Source of the DNA: Spirochaetota bacterium
Lineage (GTDB): Bacteria; Spirochaetota; UBA4802; UBA5550
Length of the DNA: 64,000 nt
Reading direction: 5' to 3'
Assembly: GCA_050298055.1 (NCBI GenBank)
Contig: JBNKTL010000015.1
Location: forward strand, 1-64,000
Shown: positions 60,173 through 64,000 of the stretch, in pieces
Layout: every line of letters starts with the position of its first letter
How positions within the stretch are numbered: the stretch's first letter is position 1
Made by a program: the position numbers and the translations under genes
The notes under the pieces: generated by a model
Database searches by the model: none
What the model was told of the DNA's origin: nothing
Seen by the model: only the letters and a program-made list of their open reading frames with translations

Positions 60173-60997
60173 ATGGCTGTAACGGTAATGGATATATATA
60201 CAAATCTCCTGCCTAAAACAAACTGCGGCGAGTGCGGTCATCCAACATGCTTCGCGTTTGCCAGCATGGTTGTGGTTGAAAAATATGACCTGAACAGGTG
60301 CCCCTACCTGGAGAGCAGTAAAAAGGAAGAGTTCCGGGAGGAACTTGACCGGCAGCATGCCCAGGGAAAGTGGGTCAAAAAGGACATAGCGGCCGATGCC
60401 CTTGAATGGGCCCGGGAGAGGTCGGCGTCCATGGATATTGAAAACCTTCCCGGGAGGATCGGCGGTGATCTTACGGATGTTGACGGTGAAAAAGCACTGG
60501 AGATGCCCTACTTTAACCGGAAGATTCTCATAAGAAAAAACATTATTACAACACTTGAGGGAAAGGAACTCAATCCCTGGGAGCAGGTCTTTATTTTTAA
60601 CCATATGGCACAGGGGGGAAGTTCTCTGCCTGCCGGAAAATGGATATCTTTCCAGGAAATTCCCAATACAATCCCGAAGATGGTATCCATGAAGTCCGAG
60701 GTGGAAGAGCCTCTTGTGAAAAGGTTCGGCGGAAGGCTGGGTGAGCTGAAAGAAGCGGCTGAATCACTGGGCGGTGCAGAGACCGGCGAGACCGGGGGGT
60801 CAGCGGACGCGGTTTTTCTTTTCAGGGCATTCCCCAGGATCCCGGTTCTCCTGAACTTCTGGGATGAGGACAAATCGGAGGGTTTTGGCGCTGAGGCAAA
60901 GCTTCACTTTGATGAAACAATTACCGAACACCTGGATATTGAATCCATTGTTTTTCTCAGTGAAAGGTTAAGGCAGCTGCTCTGCGGTGAGGAGTAG
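60173..60997 (+). CDS. Fe-S-binding domain plus DUF3786 protein
   Basis: LPKTNCGECG.PTC.AFA...CPY N-terminus; FPRIP....W..D..F.AEA...FD.....HLD.E C-terminus. Confidence 0.85.
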   Translation: MAVTVMDIYTNLLPKTNCGECGHPTCFAFASMVVVEKYDLNRCPYLESSKKEEFREELDRQHAQGKWVKKDIAADALEWARERSASMDIENLPGRIGGDLTDVDGEKALEMPYFNRKILIRKNIITTLEGKELNPWEQVFIFNHMAQGGSSLPAGKWISFQEIPNTIPKMVSMKSEVEEPLVKRFGGRLGELKEAAESLGGAETGETGGSADAVFLFRAFPRIPVLLNFWDEDKSEGFGAEAKLHFDETITEHLDIESIVFLSERLRQLLCGEE

Positions 60998-61152
60998 ACA
61001 GCCACTGCGTGTCCCGGTGACTTTTCGTCCCCTGATCAGAATGTTTTTGTTTTTTGGGCAAAACCATTAAAGATGAGACAGGATAACAGGAAAAACCCTC
61101 CGGGCCGGAAAAAAGTACTTGAAATATTGGGACATGATATCTGTCATAAAGC

Positions 61153-61326
61153 ATGAGAAAGAAAATAATCAAACTCACCCTCCTCGTTATTGCGATTTCT
61201 GCCGCTTTATTTTATCTCAACAGCAGGAGAATAACTCCGGAAGAGCAGCTGATGAAAGAGATGGGTAACATCCTGAAGGATGCCTACGGCCGGGATACGC
61301 GGCAGAACTTTGAAAAACTGAAATAG
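61153..61326 (+). CDS. Small hypothetical membrane-anchored protein (57 aa)
   Basis: Manual translation MRKKIIKLTLLVIAISAALFYLNSRRITPEEQLMKEMGNILKDAYGRDTRQNFEKLK; ends just before the thioesterase gene. Confidence 0.5.
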   Translation: MRKKIIKLTLLVIAISAALFYLNSRRITPEEQLMKEMGNILKDAYGRDTRQNFEKLK

Positions 61327-61338
61327 GACCTGCCCGCT

Positions 61339-61791
61339 TTGTCTGAGAGAAGAATACAGCCAGAAGAAATAAACGACTACCCGGTGAGAGTGGAGATCCC
61401 CGTAGCATGGGGTGAGATGGATTCCTTCGGCCATGTGAATAATACTTACTTTTTCCGGTATTTTGAAACCGCGCGGATAAAATACTTTGAAAGCATCGAT
61501 GTCACCCGGGCCATGAAAGAAAGCGGTGTGGGGCCCATCCTTGCGGAGACCCGGTGCAGGTTCCTGAAACCTGTCTATTACCCGGACAGGCTGACTGTGG
61601 GGGTCCGGATAAAATCCATGGGAAGGACAAGCGCGGTAATGGAGTACCTTATCGTTGCCGAAAAGGCCGGTGTTGCCGCCACGGGGAATTCGGTCATTGT
61701 CATGTTAAATTACAAAACATCTGAGAAATGTGAGATCCCGGGAGAAGTCAGGGAGAAAATAAACAGGATTGAAACCGGTTCTCCTGCGTGA
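61339..61791 (+). CDS. Acyl-CoA thioesterase (4HBT/YbgC family)
   Basis: V.WGEMDSFGHVNN..FFRYFE.AR, C.FLKPV.YPD. Confidence 0.92.
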   Translation: MSERRIQPEEINDYPVRVEIPVAWGEMDSFGHVNNTYFFRYFETARIKYFESIDVTRAMKESGVGPILAETRCRFLKPVYYPDRLTVGVRIKSMGRTSAVMEYLIVAEKAGVAATGNSVIVMLNYKTSEKCEIPGEVREKINRIETGSPA

Positions 61792-61800
61792 GATCGATCT

Positions 61801-62127
61801 CTATCCGGGTGGCCGCCGTTCCGGGATCTGTGCGGGTATCTTTCCTTCCGCAAGGAAACCGGGAAGAATATAGAGGCCGCAGAAGCAGTGCCCGTACTCC
61901 TCCTGGTCTTTTTTACAATACTCACAGGGACAGATGATGTCTTTGTCCTTCTCTCTCTCTCCGTCGGCGTCCCTGCAGGGACATGAATAGTATCCATACC
62001 TGTTATAGTTCTTTGTGAGACCCGTTACAATGTTCTCAAAGAATTCTCCGTGGGGATGGAGCTCCCAGTTGTTTTTCCGGGAAACCATGGTCACGAATTT
62101 CAGTGTGTGGCTGTACTCCTTTTTCAT
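61801..62127 (-). CDS. Ferredoxin-thioredoxin reductase catalytic subunit
   Basis: YG..SCPCR, DIICPC.Y, GHCFCGLY. Confidence 0.92.
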   Translation of the reverse strand: MKKEYSHTLKFVTMVSRKNNWELHPHGEFFENIVTGLTKNYNRYGYYSCPCRDADGEREKDKDIICPCEYCKKDQEEYGHCFCGLYILPGFLAEGKIPAQIPERRPPG

Positions 62128-62148
62128 CTGTTGTCTGCCCTGTTTTTC

Positions 62149-62448
62149 CTAAGAGGAGAATTTTTTTTCCCAGTCCGGCCTGTAGAAACCCACAAGGGAT
62201 TTTTCATCATCAATGGTCAGGAAAGGGAAGGAGACAGAGAGCCGGTATTTATTTTTCAGCTCTCCTTTCAGTCTCTGTTTTATGTCATGATCAAGTTCAT
62301 CCACAAAAACATATTTAAACCTGATTGAGTTGTCTTTCAGGAACGCCAGTGCCTGTTTGCAGAAACCGCAGGTCGAGAGGGCGTAGAGGGTGAGGTCTCC
62401 GAAGTCTTTACTTCCCTCTTCAAAGGTAAATGTTATCCCGCTGATCAT
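62149..62448 (-). CDS. Glutaredoxin family protein
   Basis: LYALSTCGFC, SFP.L.I, VGF; adjacent to the FTR gene. Confidence 0.9.
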   Translation of the reverse strand: MISGITFTFEEGSKDFGDLTLYALSTCGFCKQALAFLKDNSIRFKYVFVDELDHDIKQRLKGELKNKYRLSVSFPFLTIDDEKSLVGFYRPDWEKKFSS

Positions 62449-62533
62449 AATTTTTTAATTTACTTTTTTTTTATGTTAATTTATTCTTTCCAATAAGTCA
62501 AGTGATATATGTATCCTTCAACAGGGACAGGCT

Positions 62534-63022
62534 ATGAAGATAGGTATTGCGGGAAGCATAAACGGGATAACGGAGAAGCAGGGAGAAGCCTTTGTGAAAC
62601 TCATGGCACGGTACAGGCATAAATACGGCGACCTCTCCTTTCATCACGGGGGATGCCGCGGGGCCGATGAAACGGTGCAGAGGCTCATTCTTGAAAACAC
62701 CCTGGCAAAGAGTGTTGATATCCATCCTCCCACAGATAAGGGTCTCCTCTGGACATTGGAAAGGGCGGACAGGGCCTCCGACGGCGGGAGGATAAAGCTG
62801 AACCGCCACAAAGAGAGGCCCCACCTGGGACGGTTTTATGACATCATTGACATCTGCCAGCTCCTGGTAACATTTCCCGAGGAGGAGAAGGAGATAAAGG
62901 ATTCCGATGTCTGGGCCTCGGTGAGATATGCCAAGACAAAGAAGAAGAACATCATAACCTTTTTCAGGGACGGCAGGGCAACCAAGTGGCCCGCGGTGAA
63001 GGCCGCGGGGAAGGGTTTTTGA
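62534..63022 (+). CDS. Hypothetical protein, SLOG-like Rossmannoid fold
   Basis: MKIGIAGS..G.T..Q, HHGGC.GAD, IHPP, R..DII..C.LLV.FP, W..VRYA. Confidence 0.55.
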   Translation: MKIGIAGSINGITEKQGEAFVKLMARYRHKYGDLSFHHGGCRGADETVQRLILENTLAKSVDIHPPTDKGLLWTLERADRASDGGRIKLNRHKERPHLGRFYDIIDICQLLVTFPEEEKEIKDSDVWASVRYAKTKKKNIITFFRDGRATKWPAVKAAGKGF

Positions 63023-63085
63023 TTTTTTTACCCTGATAAAGCCTTCTTTATCTTATTGAAATAATGACAATCTTTATCCCCTGTT

Positions 63086-63676
63086 CTAAGGGAAAATATT
63101 CTTCACGATCTCCTCTACTTCCTTCAGCCATCTCCTTCTCTGTTCCATTGTACTGTTAACGACAATGCCGAACACCTTGCGGTATGACCTTTCTATCCCG
63201 CAGAAGTGAAAGATGCATTTCTTCCAGATATTTTCCAGGGGGTCTCCGAATACCTCCTTTTCCCTCTCATGGGGAGTGTCCGAGGTGTTGAATACCAGGG
63301 CCCTCTTCCCCCTGAGAAGACCGGCCGGTATCCCTTCACCGCTGTCTCCCTCCCTGAACTCGTATGCCGTACCGGGCCGTATGACCCTGTCTATCCATCC
63401 CTTGAGGATTGCGGGGGGCTGTCCCCACCAGTTGGGGTGAACAAAGATCATCCCGTCACATTCCGTGAGCTCCCTGCACTGTTCCTCTATAAGTGGATCA
63501 ACGGCACCCTTTTCCCGGATTTCCCTGAAGGGGAGGAGAGGATCGAACTTTTCATGGTAGAGATCGTGGAACACCACATCATGTCCCGAATTGCCCAGGG
63601 TGACCAGGACCTGGTTCGCGATGGAGTGATTAAAACTCTTCCTGTTGGGGTGCGCAAGTATGACCAGTATTTTCAT
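63086..63676 (-). CDS. NAD(P)H-dependent oxidoreductase (flavodoxin-2 family)
   Basis: LVILAHP...SFN, HDLY.E.FDP, HPNWWGQPPAILKGWIDRV. Confidence 0.92.
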   Translation of the reverse strand: MKILVILAHPNRKSFNHSIANQVLVTLGNSGHDVVFHDLYHEKFDPLLPFREIREKGAVDPLIEEQCRELTECDGMIFVHPNWWGQPPAILKGWIDRVIRPGTAYEFREGDSGEGIPAGLLRGKRALVFNTSDTPHEREKEVFGDPLENIWKKCIFHFCGIERSYRKVFGIVVNSTMEQRRRWLKEVEEIVKNIFP

Positions 63677-63754
63677 GAATTATCTTTCCTTTGTGTGAAA
63701 CCTTTTCCTGTTGTCCCGGAACCGGTAATTTGAAACTCGGAATCCGGAAGTAAA

Positions 63755-63922
63755 TTAAGCCGGACGTTTGCGGTAAACAGCGCCTTTATTGTAAAGCCTT
63801 CTCTCCAACCAGGACCTTCTTTCATTGATCCTTCTGTCAATACCGGTATATCCGTATGATGGGAAAGACCGTCTTTCGAAAACTCTCCGTGAAAAGCATC
63901 TTTTATCGGTATAGAAGTACAT
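63755..63922 (-). CDS. Possible small Arg-rich protein (55 aa)
   Basis: Manual translation MYFYTDKRCFSRRVFERRSFPSYGYTGIDRRINERRSWLERRLYNKGAVYRKRPA, with repeated (D/E)RR motifs. Confidence 0.35.
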   Translation of the reverse strand: MYFYTDKRCFSRRVFERRSFPSYGYTGIDRRINERRSWLERRLYNKGAVYRKRPA

Positions 63923-64000
63923 GATTATACGCCTTTTTTTATGATAGTTGTCCGTATCATTTATATCGGTCTTTTGCGGGGTACAATTAAGTGCCTCTGT

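Overview
Bacterial chromosomal window. The gene content (short-form EF-Ts, 7TM-DISM/SpoIIE sensor, spirochaete-style lipoproteins, anaerobe-type enzymes) suggests a free-living Spirochaetota; this is inferred, not demonstrated. Housekeeping blocks are dnaE, panC, rpsB-tsf-pyrH-frr-uppS-cdsA-dxr-rseP, mlaEFD-like genes, a tail-specific protease, cheB, gatA and moaA. The standout is an ~11 kb island (~21.25-32.35 kb) at the 3' end of tRNA-Thr(CGT). It carries 14 diverged paralogues of a ~185-aa Imm11/DUF1629-like immunity protein and no recognisable toxin, secretion or integrase gene. The island is bounded by a degenerate ~70-bp direct repeat that includes the tRNA 3' end. It also contains a duplicated two-gene cassette, one frameshifted copy, 3' remnants of a lost paralogue and short putative toxin-tail remnants, so it looks like an accreting orphan poly-immunity bank. 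Separately, an intergenic MITE/REPIN-like element (TACTCAG...CTGAGTA ends around a central GC hairpin with compensatory changes) occurs six times between 47 and 57 kb, alongside other palindromic repeats. All family assignments come from motif recognition by eye; no searches were run.
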